Source: Dehalococcoidia bacterium (lineage in GTDB: Bacteria; Chloroflexota; Dehalococcoidia; UBA2979). Taken from it: DNA of 64,000 nt. The position numbers were made by a program, and so were the translations under genes. The notes under the pieces were generated by a model. That model was not told where the DNA came from. It saw nothing but the letters and a program-made list of their open reading frames with translations, and searched no databases. The stretch spans positions 1,920,001-1,984,000 of the forward strand of contig OZ244720.1 in the NCBI GenBank assembly GCA_965219085.1, given 5' to 3'. Below, in pieces: positions 10,101-18,606 of this stretch (positions within the stretch are counted from its first letter, which is position 1; every line of letters starts with the position of its first letter).

Positions 10101-13100
10101 GAAGGTCACGTCGGCGCTGTGCACCGCGCCGATCAGACGCGAGAAGTGCGCCCCGCCAGGGAGACCGTCGGGCGTGACGTCCCTGTTCCACGTGCCCCGG
10201 AAGCGGATGGTGTAGATGGCCGTCGACGCGAAGGGCGCCACCGAATCGCTCGCCGATGGCGTGAGCGACAGATCCTCCTCGGTCCGTGTCACGGTGATGG
10301 TGTAGGTCTCGGTGGCCATGCCGTCCTGCGCGGTGACTTCAACCTTGATGATGTTTTCGCCCACCGACAGGTCGACCTGGACCGGGCTGGCGGTGCCCAG
10401 GCTGTTGTCGTTGCCGTCGAGGAACTCGACGGCCGCGTTCTCGTTGCTCGTGGTCGCTGCGACCGTCGTCCGGGTCACCGTGTACCCGACTGACGGCGTG
10501 TACGAGGTCGTGCCGCTCATGAACGCGGGGGTCAGCCGCACACCACTCAGCGTCAAGGCGCTGAGCGTGGCGTCGTCGGAGAGCGCCGTCGTCCCCATCC
10601 GCGTGGCCGACCAGGGGCCCTCACCTGCGGCGTTCTCCGCCCGCACCTGCACGTCGTACTGCGTCCCGACCTTGAGTCCCGTGACCGTGGCCGTCAGGTC
10701 GCCGGAGGTCCATGCGCCGGACTCGACGGTCCAGTTCGCCTCCATCGTCTCGTCATCGCTAGTCTTGATGTACCGCAAGTCGTAGGACGAAACCGCCGCG
10801 TCTCCGTCCGTGGCGGGCGCGCTCCATTCGACCGTGAGCCCCGACGCGACGCCGGTCACCGAGTCGATCGCCGGGGCGCCGGGCCGTGTCGTACCGACGC
10901 TGGTGGCGGACCAGGCGCCCTCGCCCGCGCCGTTGACCGCGCGCACCTGCACGTCGTACTGCGTGCCGCTGTCGAGACCCGTGACTTCATGCTCCAGGTC
11001 CGGGCCGCCGGAGCTCCACACCTCCGTCTCGACGGTCCAGTTGGCGTCCATCGTCTCGTCCTCGCCGGTCTTGATGTGGCGCAGGTCGTAGGACGTGATC
11101 TCGTCCCCGCCGTCGCTGGCGGGCTCGCTCCACCCGACGGTGAGCGAGCCGCCTGCCCCGGTGACCGCGTCGATCGTCGGAGCGCCGGGCGTGGTGCGCG
11201 GTGTGGCGGTGCGGACGCCCGACCAGGCGTGTTGGTCGGTCCCCACGACCGCCCGCACCTGCACGTCGTAGGAGACCCCGTTGACGAGGCTGGGCGTCGG
11301 GTTGAGCGTGTATTCGAGCGAGCCGGAGGTCCAGATCGACGTGGTCACCGTCCAGCGGGCGTCTGCCTTGTCCGAGGCGTCGCTGCGGATATGGCGCAGG
11401 TCGTAGGAGGTGACGGTTCCCAGGGTCGTGCTCGTGGGCGCGGTCCACTCGATGGCGATCGAGCGGTCGCCTGGGGTGACCGAGTCGATGGTCGGGGCCT
11501 CGTCCGTCGTGGGTGTGCCGGTGGCGGCGTCCGACCAGACGCCGTCGCCGCCGGCGTTCACCCCGCGCACCTGCACGTCGTATTCGGCGTTCCCGGTCAG
11601 GCCGGTGACGACGTGCGAGAGAGCGCCGGAGCCGTCGGTCCAGACGTCCTGCAGGATGGTCCAGTTGGCGTCCACCGTCTCATCGGCGCTGGTCAGGATG
11701 TAGCGCAGGTCGTAGGCGGTGATGTCGGACGCGCCCGTGTTGGTAGGGGCAGTCCAGGTGACGGTGAGCGCCTCGCTGCCGGCCGCGACCGAGTCGACAG
11801 CGGGGGCGGCGGGGCTTGACCGGTGGCCGTACACCGTGAGGCTCCACGAGTTGAGCCGGGCGGCCGTCCCGCCACCCACGTGGTCCGTGATGCGCAGCTT
11901 CCAGACGCCGGCGGGATCCTCGCCAAGGTGCCTGGCGGAACCGAAGCGCACGGGGCCGTCCAGGTTGCACTGGCCCGGGAGGATGCCAAACAACGACGTG
12001 CACTCCCCGCTGCCAACGAGGTAGTGCGGGGAGAGCACGGAGACCGTGCCCGATGGCGACTCGAGCTCGATCTGCAGGTCCCTGAACGCGGCCCTGAGGG
12101 AGGGACGAATCGAGACGAATTCGGTGAACTGCACGCCGGAGCCCATGGTGATGGAGCTGGTGACGGTGGTGGGCGTGCCCGAGGAGGGGAGGTCGGGGAT
12201 CGCCAGATTGGCGGCGCCCGACTCCCGCGTCTCCTCGATGAACAGCGGAAGGCTGGTCCAGCCGACCGCCAGGTCCATCGCCTCCTTGGCGTCGACCACG
12301 CCGAAGCCGTACTCGTGGTTGAACGCGTAGCGCTGGGTCGCGGAGCCGTACTGGAGGGCGCCCTCCTCCCAGCCGGTGTTCGATGGATCGTTCTTCCGGG
12401 CGGAGCCCGCCAGGATGAGCTTCACGTCGCGCCAGGTCAGGTCGGCGTAGGCGCCCCGCAGGAGCGCGGCCACCCCGGACACGATGGCGGCCGTGGAAGA
12501 GGTCCCGCCGAAGTTGTTCCGGTAGCGGCCGTAGTTGTCGGTGGTGGTGATGGCCGCTGGCAAGTAGCTGGCGCCGGAAGGCGCGCATACCCACAGGTTG
12601 GCGCCCTGTTCGGAGTAGTGCCACCGGACACCCCGATCCGTGACCGCACAGGCGGCCGTAGCGGTGTAGTGGTTCCGGAATCCGCTCAGGTTGGAGTTGG
12701 CGCCGACCACCGCGTCGTTGCCGCCGGACCGCACATACAACACCCCCTTGCCGCCGTAGCCCTCCGTGACCCCTCGCACCACCGCCCTTTCCCAGCCCGA
12801 GGGCGCCGTGGCATACCCGGGACCCTCGGTTACCGACCAGCTGTTGTTGCTGATGGCCGTGGTCTCCATCCCCCGCGTCATCGCGTCCGCCGCATTGGCA
12901 TGGTTGTAGTCGTCGATGAGGTTGTAGACATAGATCTGGGCGCGGGGCGCGACCCCCCGAACGCCGATGCCGTTGTCCCGCGCGGCGATGAGGCCGGCGG
13001 CGCCGGTGCCGTGGGTATTTCCGGGATTGAACACGGCTGCGCCGCCGTAGCCGTAGTTGCGGTCCGCAATCACGTTGGGCGCCAGGTCCGGGTGCCCGGC

Positions 13101-14996
13101 GTCAAAGCCGTCGTCGACCAGGGCCACGGTGGCGCCGGCCCCGAGGTGGCCGGCCGCCCACACCTCCCGGACGTTGATGTCCTCGCCCGGCGTCCCGCCC
13201 AGCTGTCCGGTGTTGTCCAGGTGCCACTGGCACCCGGAGAGGGGGTCGCTCAGGGGGTCGCTCAGGGACGCGGTGAGCGCCGTGCACCCGTCGAAGAATT
13301 CGCCGTAGACGTAGTCCTCCCACATGCGCAGCCCGTAACGCCCCGACGTGGGCCCGGAGCTACCGGGCAAACGCGTGACCTTGAGGTAGTACGTTCCCGC
13401 GTCGAGGCGGTCGCGGAGCGTGAACCCGGCGGGCGCGCTCGCGGTGTACCTGCTCTCGAAGATGTTCGCGTCAACGGTGTTGGCGTCCGCGTCCAGCAAC
13501 TCCCCGGCGATGGCGACGGCGGAGCCCGCGGCGACGAGGAGGACATGGGTCGCTTCGGCGAGCTCGATGCGGAAGTAGTCGACGTCGTCCGCCGGGCTGA
13601 TGGTTCCCGCCTTCGGGAACAGCGGGATGAGCGGCTCCGCCGCCGCGGTGGTGCTTCCCGGCTCGGCACCCCGGTTCACGTGGAGCGCGTACACACCGGT
13701 TTCCGCGGGGAAGCCCCCAACCCGCACGTAGTAGGTCCCCACGTCGAGGGTCACACGCACGAAGAAGCGGTTGCTCCCCAGGGGGAATTCCTCGCTGCCT
13801 GTGACCTCCCTACTCCCGCTCAGCCAGAGGTCGCCCCACGTGCGGGCGGGGCCGGTGCTGTGAACCAGCAGGGTGGTGCGCGCGGTCAGCGTGATGCGGA
13901 ACCAGTCCCGGTCGGTCCTCGCCGGATCGATGATCCCCCAGCCGAAGCCGCCGACTTCGACGTCCTGGGCATCGGACCTCGCCGTGGAGTCGGCGACCGT
14001 CGTTGTTCCCAGGACATAAGCGCCCGTGGCGCCGCCGCTGCCCGTGACCTTGACGTAGTAGGTCCCCGCCTGGAGAGAGCCCCAGAGCAGGAAGTTGTGG
14101 CGCCCGTGCAGCTCGTCCCCCAGGTCGTTCTCGCGGAGCAGGTCCCCGTTCTCGTCCAGCAGCTGCCCCACCGTGTCGAGGTCGCCGCGGGTGTAGATGA
14201 TGATGCCGGTCGCCGCCGTCAGCTCGAGCGTGAAGTAGTCGACGTCGGTCCCGGACTCGATCACCCCGCCCATGCGCGTGGTCAGCGGCAGCGTGGTCGC
14301 CGTCTGGAGCGTGCCGCCGTGCTCGGCGGGCGTCCCCGTCGCGGTCGCCGACCAGGCGCCGCCGGTCGCGGCCACGGCCCGCACCTGCACGTCGTAGCCC
14401 GTGCCGTTGGTGAGCCCGGAGAGCACGCCTTCCAGACTCCCGGAGGTCCAGAACTCCTCCAGTACCGTCCAGTTGCCGTCGGCCTTGTCCGTGGCCGTGC
14501 TCTCGATGTAGCGCACGTCGTAGGCCGTGATCTTCGTGGTGGCGGCGGCGGGACCGCTCCACCCGATCGTGACAGCGCCGTCGCCGGCGATGATGGTGTC
14601 GATGACGGGACCGGGGATCCGGGGCGTGCCCGTGGAGGTGGACGACCACTGGCCGTCGCCGGTGGTAACGGCCCGCATCTGCACGTCGTAGCCGACATCG
14701 TTGTCGAGGTCCTCGAGGGTGTAGGTGAGGTCGCCCGACCCGGATGACCAGACGTCCTCGAGCGCGGTCCAGTTGGCGTCGGCCTTGTCCGCCGCGTCAC
14801 TGCGGATGTGGCGCAGATCGTAGGCGGTGATGCCCGTCACGCCGGTGGGCGCGGTCCACTCGATCGTCAGCGAGCCGTCTCCGGCGGTGACGGAGTCGAT
14901 CGTGGGGGCGGCGATGGGCGTCTGCGCAAGAGTGCGACCCGGGGTCACCATCAGCCAGAGCAGGATGAAGGCCGCGAGCAGTCGAGGCCATCTCAT
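4167..14996 (-). CDS. Giant secreted multi-enzyme protein (~3609 aa): signal peptide, FN3 x2, PPC-like x3, S8 kexin-like protease plus P domain, FN3 x4, cadherin-like sandwich, spondin_N, cadherin, PQQ-dependent sugar (glucose/sorbosone) dehydrogenase, cadherin/Ig repeats, Gly-Pro linker, beta-propeller, duplicated C-terminal domain
   Basis: Signal MRWPRLLAAFILLWLMVTPGRTLAQ (ATG 14996). S8 motifs VALVDDG, THGTGAAGLIAA, SGGND, FGGTSSTAAIVSG. Spondin-like AHFSRLIGAVH...MIAPSHDWFVGV. GSDH-like PWDLAFAPDG, HNGCRLRFGP, GHRNPQGLA. FN3 YDVQVRAV; cadherin LDYE/ATDPD. Confidence 0.93.
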   Translation of the reverse strand: MRWPRLLAAFILLWLMVTPGRTLAQTPIAAPTIDSVTAGDGSLTIEWTAPTGVTGITAYDLRHIRSDAADKADANWTALEDVWSSGSGDLTYTLEDLDNDVGYDVQMRAVTTGDGQWSSTSTGTPRIPGPVIDTIIAGDGAVTIGWSGPAAATTKITAYDVRYIESTATDKADGNWTVLEEFWTSGSLEGVLSGLTNGTGYDVQVRAVAATGGAWSATATGTPAEHGGTLQTATTLPLTTRMGGVIESGTDVDYFTLELTAATGIIIYTRGDLDTVGQLLDENGDLLRENDLGDELHGRHNFLLWGSLQAGTYYVKVTGSGGATGAYVLGTTTVADSTARSDAQDVEVGGFGWGIIDPARTDRDWFRITLTARTTLLVHSTGPARTWGDLWLSGSREVTGSEEFPLGSNRFFVRVTLDVGTYYVRVGGFPAETGVYALHVNRGAEPGSTTAAAEPLIPLFPKAGTISPADDVDYFRIELAEATHVLLVAAGSAVAIAGELLDADANTVDANIFESRYTASAPAGFTLRDRLDAGTYYLKVTRLPGSSGPTSGRYGLRMWEDYVYGEFFDGCTALTASLSDPLSDPLSGCQWHLDNTGQLGGTPGEDINVREVWAAGHLGAGATVALVDDGFDAGHPDLAPNVIADRNYGYGGAAVFNPGNTHGTGAAGLIAARDNGIGVRGVAPRAQIYVYNLIDDYNHANAADAMTRGMETTAISNNSWSVTEGPGYATAPSGWERAVVRGVTEGYGGKGVLYVRSGGNDAVVGANSNLSGFRNHYTATAACAVTDRGVRWHYSEQGANLWVCAPSGASYLPAAITTTDNYGRYRNNFGGTSSTAAIVSGVAALLRGAYADLTWRDVKLILAGSARKNDPSNTGWEEGALQYGSATQRYAFNHEYGFGVVDAKEAMDLAVGWTSLPLFIEETRESGAANLAIPDLPSSGTPTTVTSSITMGSGVQFTEFVSIRPSLRAAFRDLQIELESPSGTVSVLSPHYLVGSGECTSLFGILPGQCNLDGPVRFGSARHLGEDPAGVWKLRITDHVGGGTAARLNSWSLTVYGHRSSPAAPAVDSVAAGSEALTVTWTAPTNTGASDITAYDLRYILTSADETVDANWTILQDVWTDGSGALSHVVTGLTGNAEYDVQVRGVNAGGDGVWSDAATGTPTTDEAPTIDSVTPGDRSIAIEWTAPTSTTLGTVTSYDLRHIRSDASDKADARWTVTTSIWTSGSLEYTLNPTPSLVNGVSYDVQVRAVVGTDQHAWSGVRTATPRTTPGAPTIDAVTGAGGSLTVGWSEPASDGGDEITSYDLRHIKTGEDETMDANWTVETEVWSSGGPDLEHEVTGLDSGTQYDVQVRAVNGAGEGAWSATSVGTTRPGAPAIDSVTGVASGLTVEWSAPATDGDAAVSSYDLRYIKTSDDETMEANWTVESGAWTSGDLTATVTGLKVGTQYDVQVRAENAAGEGPWSATRMGTTALSDDATLSALTLSGVRLTPAFMSGTTSYTPSVGYTVTRTTVAATTSNENAAVEFLDGNDNSLGTASPVQVDLSVGENIIKVEVTAQDGMATETYTITVTRTEEDLSLTPSASDSVAPFASTAIYTIRFRGTWNRDVTPDGLPGGAHFSRLIGAVHSADVTFLESGGTASPGVESMAEIGGTSTLRGEVNTARNADPPTALSVLEGSTGSISPTATRTLSNRRFTTEFPRVTVTTMIAPSHDWFVGVSGLLLLDASGRWLPSHEVDLFPWDAGSEEGDDFSLSPSVDTSPRDHITSIRGTGRFTTERIASLAFTLQSISPSFPDTETGARTIPENTASGQDIGEPLVATDPDSGDSLSYSLGGPDAGSFAIVASTGQLRTRAALDYETASSYSVAVTATDSHGLSDTIDVTITVTNVEEAGAVSLGPAQARVGTVLRAAISDPDGGVRSVFWQWQRSSDQTDWTSVSGSDASYTPTSADEGMYIRARATYADGEGTGKSAEVESGQPVGAREAAPGITVVTLVSGLSIPWDLAFAPDGTMLLTERGGALKARLTGGTVQTVTADFSDLFVSGEAGLMAILVDPGFASNRRFYTCQAHTGRVVQVIAWTMNSDYTAATRVADPLVGGIPAASIHNGCRLRFGPHGFLWIATGDAASGTVPQDLSSLGGKVLRVDASTGVGAPGNPFAASARVYTHGHRNPQGLARRPGTNQMWSVEHGPTVDDEINLLTSGGNYGWDPVPGYDQSVPMTDRVKFPDAVEARWSSGDPTLATSGGIFLHGPDWEEWSGRLAVATLKTRSLRIFEFTAAGRFVSQVVVPELDGTYGRLRTPMLGRGGALYLTTSNGGGADRILKVVPSRPPAFAATTDTQEVAENNSTSAVVATVTATDPDGEQLTYTLGGRDADAFTVANPAAGGLRANVQFDHETRSSYEVVVTATDPYGLSDSVTLTVTVTNVDEPADISFVATGGVTVNNNALTVAENHDGTLATFSANDPENDQTLTYEWSVGGTDRLDFALTAAGVLSFVNVPDHERPADSGGNNVYGITVSARDSDGKTGSLALTVTVDPVNEPPAISGDARPGVEEGGTLLVGTYRASDPESATIAWQPLAGSDSEQFNFTSPNGRLEFKAAPDYEDATDFGPNNVYDVTLSVSAGAHTTTLAVAVSVTNREEPGMLALPATRPQAEADYTATLGDPDGVRSTAWTWERSTSRGGPWTAVTGAADSTTTSVYTPVAGDIGYYLRATAAYTDGHGPNKSLVAVSTNSVLAAPVVNNPPTFTEANPTRSIAENARADAPVGERVTASDPDPGNTVGYELEPASDLFTIDGASGQIRVKEAASLDHETAPSHTVTVKASDSSNAFDTVEVTITVTDVNEPPDAVADAPGSFDEDTEITIDVLANDSDPEQDPSELLLTVVTPPLNGRASVNEPASAGDRRTITYEPNADYHGADTFTYRARDTGSPSLSNIATVSVEVDPVNDAPAFASQAATRSVPESAEAGDHVGAPVTATDVDENDTLAYSLSGPDVFSFVIDADGQITVGTGVTFDAATTSEYAVTVEARDTEGATASIDVTITVTTRPSRPPIIIGPIGPGGGGGPTGPTPSEVDFEWTVKRDIESLDSSHDSPTGSWSNGSILWLLENGSGADDAIYAYDLKSGERVEDREFELDERNRAPRGVWSDGKIKILWVSDSGQNKLFAHDLESGERLAERDIELAARNRAARGIWSDGETMWVLDGGKDSVFVYDLESGELLAECALDAANNDPRGIWSDGVTVWVSDHGAKRLFAYRLPVLSGEPDADEEDEGDKELERVRDEEFPNTILSRASNNSPRGLWSDGDVMYVADASDDKVYSYNMPDAIDARLATLTMSDIEIGEFSPRETEYTGVAAEGVAETTVEAAAVQSGAGVVIDPPDAGEKADGHQIALPGLGEITVTVTSADGSRTKTYRVAFGEAEQSTPEPWTHCLRGEVAEGFSLVVYEGGSVEELAACAQSRHVVALYVLHEGVYVSYILGAPNFVNREFTELFADGLPVMTPLVAGGNGPPSPDPFGDHLDAAGPQPWPECLRGAAVEGFSLVVYEGGSVEELVACAESRRVTAVYALADGEWVSYILGAPEFANQPFRELSPDGIPPITPLVAKSEGPPEAN

Positions 14997-15227
14997 GGAG
15001 AACGGCCCTCCGTTGGCCCCGCTGAAACAGCACCCACCCGGACAACGCACGACCCGGCCGCCACCCCAACCGCAAAGTCGGGGCAGGTGCCGGCCGGCAC
15101 CCGCCCGTTCTCATCGTGCGTCCATCAGTCATGCGTCGAGCAGCCGACCCGCCCCGTCGATCCCTCTCACTCGTCCTACGCTAATCGTCCAGAAACAGCG
15201 ACTGCGGGGGCCGTCGGTCCGTCCGCC

Positions 15228-15431
15228 GTCTCAGGTGCATGGACTGATCTGTCGAGCGCCCCGCAAACGCTTCCCGTAGTAACGGGCCAACTCATTGCAA
15301 CGTACCACTTGCCTGTGGATGTTCAATGGAAAAAAGGTCCACTTTGGTGGCAGCCCGGTGGCAATTCTCGGGAATAAGCTACGGCAGTAGCAAGCAAGAC
15401 CCATTGCGTGAGTTTCGGGCTCTCTTCTGTG
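15228..15431 (-). promoter_or_regulatory. Conserved upstream element, copy 2
   Basis: gtctcaggtgcatggactg...gcaacgtacca...agctacggcagtagcaa...gacccattgcgtgagttt matches copy 1. Confidence 0.75.
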
Positions 15432-16789
15432 AGCTTTAGCCCTGATCCACCGAAGAAGAGCGGGCGAGGGGCTGCGGTTGGGTGCTCCGCTGTAGCTGGG
15501 ACAATGGGTTTTGAGAATTCACGTCACAGCCACAGGGAGCACCCATTCGATGCTACCAACGAGCGACCCCGACCGGATAGACATCGCCTTCGATGACGAC
15601 CGCCTCGTGGACCACGCGGGCCTGCTGCTCCCGGCCACGCTCGCCCAGCATCTCGGTCTGCAAGAGCTCGCCGACAGCTGCGTCGACCTCGGTGACGCGC
15701 CGGGCCGGGCGAACGCCGGCGACAAGCTGCTGACCCTCATCGCCTCGGCGCTCGCGGGCGGCGACTGCATCGACGACGCCGATGCGTTGCGCGCCGGCGG
15801 GACGGCGAGCGTGCTGGGTTGCACGGTCAAGGCGCCGTCCACCCTGGGCACGTTCCTGCGCAGCTTCCGCTGGGGCCACGTCCGCCAGCTCGACCGCGTC
15901 AGCCGCGAGTTGCTCGCTCGCAGCTGGGCGGCCGGGGCGGGACCCGGCGACGCGCCGTTCACGATCGACCTCGACTCGACGATCTGCGAGACCTACGGCT
16001 TGGCGAAGGAGGGCGCCCGGCACCACGGCTACACGGGCGCGCGCGGCTACCACCCGCTGCTCGCGGTGGCGGCCGGGACGGGTGACGTGCTGATGGCGCG
16101 GCTGCGCGAGGGCCGCGCCAACACTGCCCGCGGCGCCGCCCACTTCCTGCGTGAGACGGTGGCGCGGGTCCGCGCTGCCGGAGCGAGCGGGCAGCTCACG
16201 ATGCGCGCCGACAGCGGCTTCTACAACCACGCGGTCGTCGCCGCCTGCCGCGCGCTGGATGTCCGCTTCTCGGTCACGATTCGCCAGCAACCGAACGTAC
16301 GCACGCTGATCGAGGCGATCCCGGAAGCGGACTGGACGCCGATCCCGTACTGGCTGCCGGGCGGCGCCGCTGTCGCCGAGACGTCCTACACCCCGTTCCG
16401 GCACGCGAAGGACGCCAGCGCGGTCCGGCTCATCGTGCGGCGCGTGAGGCCGGCGCCCGGCTCACAGCTGGCGCTCTTCGCGACGTACAGCTACCACGCC
16501 TTCATCACCGACCGCGCGGGGGAGATGATGGAGCTCGAGACCGACCATCGCCGTCACGCCGAGATCGAGAACGCGATCCGCGACCTCAAGTACGGCGTCG
16601 GGCTCAACCATCTCCCCTCGGGCCGCTTCGCCGCGAACGCGGCATGGCTCGCGGTGCAGGTGATCGCGCACAACCTCGCCCGCTGGACGGCGCGGCTGGG
16701 GCTCGGCGAGGGAATCGTGACGACCAGGACGCTCAGGCGGCGCTACTTCGCTCTCGCCGGACGGCTCACCCACTTCTATGAGGGACGGT

Positions 16790-17050
16790 CTTTCCGCAAG
16801 GCCGACGTGGCGGCCTTCTCCGGGTATGGCGCTCCATTCAAGCCGCTCGTGATGTCCGGTCGCGGAGCCTGTGCCAAGCTTCTATCCGCACTCTCGGTGG
16901 GCTACAGCGAGCCCGGTGCATGAAGGCACATCCTGCTTCCAGGGGGCGCTGCTATCTCTGCCGCGTCCTCGATGGGACAAGTGGGTGCTCGCAGTCGCCC
17001 GTGCTCGGCATCACGTGCGTGGCTTCGTTCGCGCTCGGGTCTTCCTTCCT
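16790..17050 (-). ncRNA. Putative bridge/seek RNA of IS1111 copy A (boundaries approximate)
   Basis: Scaffold conserved with 52640-52900. Contains CACCCACT (complement of target flank), GGCAGAG (6/7 match to the other flank) and ATAGAAG (donor end). Confidence 0.75.
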
Positions 17051-17088
17051 GATCTCCGGTCCCCGCCGGCTGAGGCGGCGCCTCCCGG

Positions 17089-18177
17089 CTACGCGGCCTC
17101 GCGGGCCACGGCGTGACGCAGCGGCTCGTAGACCTCCCCGCTCTTCCACAGCGCGAGCAGCAGCACCGCCAACCGCCTCGCGACGGCCACGACCGCGCGC
17201 TTCTTCGCGTTGCCCGCCCCTGTTCCCGCGTAGCGCTCACCCCAGCGACGCAGGTCGCTATCGGGTCCGAAGGGACCGAGGATGTAGTGCGCGGCCTGCA
17301 CCAGCAGCCGCCGCAAGCCCGCGTCGCCGCTCTTGCCGATGCCGAGCTGCGGCGCGCGCTCCCCTGAGTCGCGCTGCCGCGGCACGAGCCCGAGGTAGGC
17401 CCCCACCTCCCGGTTCTGCGGGAAGCGCCCCGGGTTCTCGATCGTCAGCACGAACGTGAGCGCGGTGATCGGCCCCACGCCGGTGACCTGGCGCAGCGCC
17501 GCGGTCTCGGGGTGGGCCTCGCACAACGCCTCGACCTCCCGCCCGGCCGCCGCGGTGCGCACGGTCAGCTCGCCAATCGCCTCCACCAGCGGCAGCAGCG
17601 CCGGGCGCAGCCCGTCGGGGATGTGGTCCGCCGTCTTGCGGTGAAAGGCCGCGGCCGTGCACGACGGCAGCGCGGCGCCGCAGGCCTTGACGGCCCCGCG
17701 CACGTGGTTGATGAGCAGCGTCCTCGATCGCACCAGCGCGTCGCGGGCGCGCACCACGGCGAGGTCGTGCTGACTCTGCTCGCTCCTGTGGCGGATCGGG
17801 GCGAGCAACTCCGGGTCGAAGCGCCCCAGCCGCGCCAGCCACGCGGCGTCGAGCCGGTCGGTCTTGCGCTGGCTGCCGGCGATCAGCGCGACCTGGCGAG
17901 GGTTGGCGACGACCACCTCATGGCCGAGGTCCGCCACGACGCGGCTCAGCCACGGCGAGCGCGGCCCCGCCTCGAGCACGACCCGCGCCGGGGAGAGGCC
18001 GGTCAGCGCTGCGCCCAGCGCCGCAGCCGCGGTGCGGACGCGCCGCTCGCGTATCACCTCCCCGCCGGCGCCGAGGGCGTGGACGTGCGTGTAACGATCG
18101 CCCACGTCGAGGCCGACGGTGATGGCGGGCCCATCCTTGCCTTCAATGCTCCGCGTCGTTGCGATATGCTGCTGCAT
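17089..18177 (-). CDS. IS110-family DEDD recombinase/transposase, intact
   Basis: VGLDVG, VVLEAG, RKTDRLDA, GVGPITA, YLGLVPRQRDSG. RBS AGGAG upstream. Confidence 0.95.
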   Translation of the reverse strand: MQQHIATTRSIEGKDGPAITVGLDVGDRYTHVHALGAGGEVIRERRVRTAAAALGAALTGLSPARVVLEAGPRSPWLSRVVADLGHEVVVANPRQVALIAGSQRKTDRLDAAWLARLGRFDPELLAPIRHRSEQSQHDLAVVRARDALVRSRTLLINHVRGAVKACGAALPSCTAAAFHRKTADHIPDGLRPALLPLVEAIGELTVRTAAAGREVEALCEAHPETAALRQVTGVGPITALTFVLTIENPGRFPQNREVGAYLGLVPRQRDSGERAPQLGIGKSGDAGLRRLLVQAAHYILGPFGPDSDLRRWGERYAGTGAGNAKKRAVVAVARRLAVLLLALWKSGEVYEPLRHAVAREAA

Positions 18178-18606
18178 GGCCGGTCTCCTACCTCGTCAAG
18201 GCTCTTCCGAGCCGCTCTTGGCCCATCGAGGCCGCTGTTTCAGGGGGCGAGTATCCCCCTTGAGGAGGAGGCCGGCCCTCATGCCATCTCGGCCCCAGCG
18301 CTGGACCCTGCACCTCCCCAGGCGCTGGCCCTGGGCCGGGCAGCTGGCAGCCGCGCTCGCGCGACTACGGGCGTTACCGCTCCCGGCCTGACGCCCCCTC
18401 ACAGCGCCGGCCCGGGTCCGAGGCTCGCGCCAGCACGCCCGCGCACGCCTCGCGCTCCCGCGCGCTCGCGCCCTCAGCGCCCCCGAGCCGCGCTGAGCGA
18501 CGGCTCCTCGCTCCGGCACCGCCCGGCGAACGCCGGCGCACCCGCCGAACTCTCCGCCAGCCGGCATCCCGCCCCCTCAAGCTTCGATCGGTGTATCCGG
18601 GTTTAG

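Larger units (their letters stand above)
16775..18289 (-). mobile_element. IS110-family (IS1111-type) element, copy A
   Basis: Core AG at both junctions. Sub-terminal IRs ATGAGGGCCGG / rc ATGAGGGACGG. Long non-coding right end. Removing the element rejoins the IS1380 gene. Confidence 0.92.
15550..18391 (+). pseudogene. IS1380-family DDE transposase, split at 16774/18290
   Basis: TIDLDSTIC, MRADSGFY, HAEIENAIRDLK. The C-terminus QRWTLHLPRRWPW...LPLPA resumes after 18289, with an extra C in a C-run. Confidence 0.88.
15440..18601 (+). mobile_element. IS1380-family element, interrupted by an IS110/IS1111 element
   Basis: Imperfect IRs CCCTGATCCACCGA / TCGGTGTATCCGGG. 5-bp direct repeat TTTAG at 15435-15439 and 18602-18606. 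Confidence 0.88.

Noticed and set aside
6258-14747. Long plus-strand ORFs (6258-9632, 11823-14747 and similar)
   Set aside because: Antisense shadows of the giant minus-strand gene, typical of high-GC DNA, with no recognisable motifs.
16775-16923. C-terminus of the 470-aa ORF 15511-16923 (and likewise of 50913-51485)
   Set aside because: Read-through into inserted IS1111 DNA. The true C-termini lie beyond the insertions.
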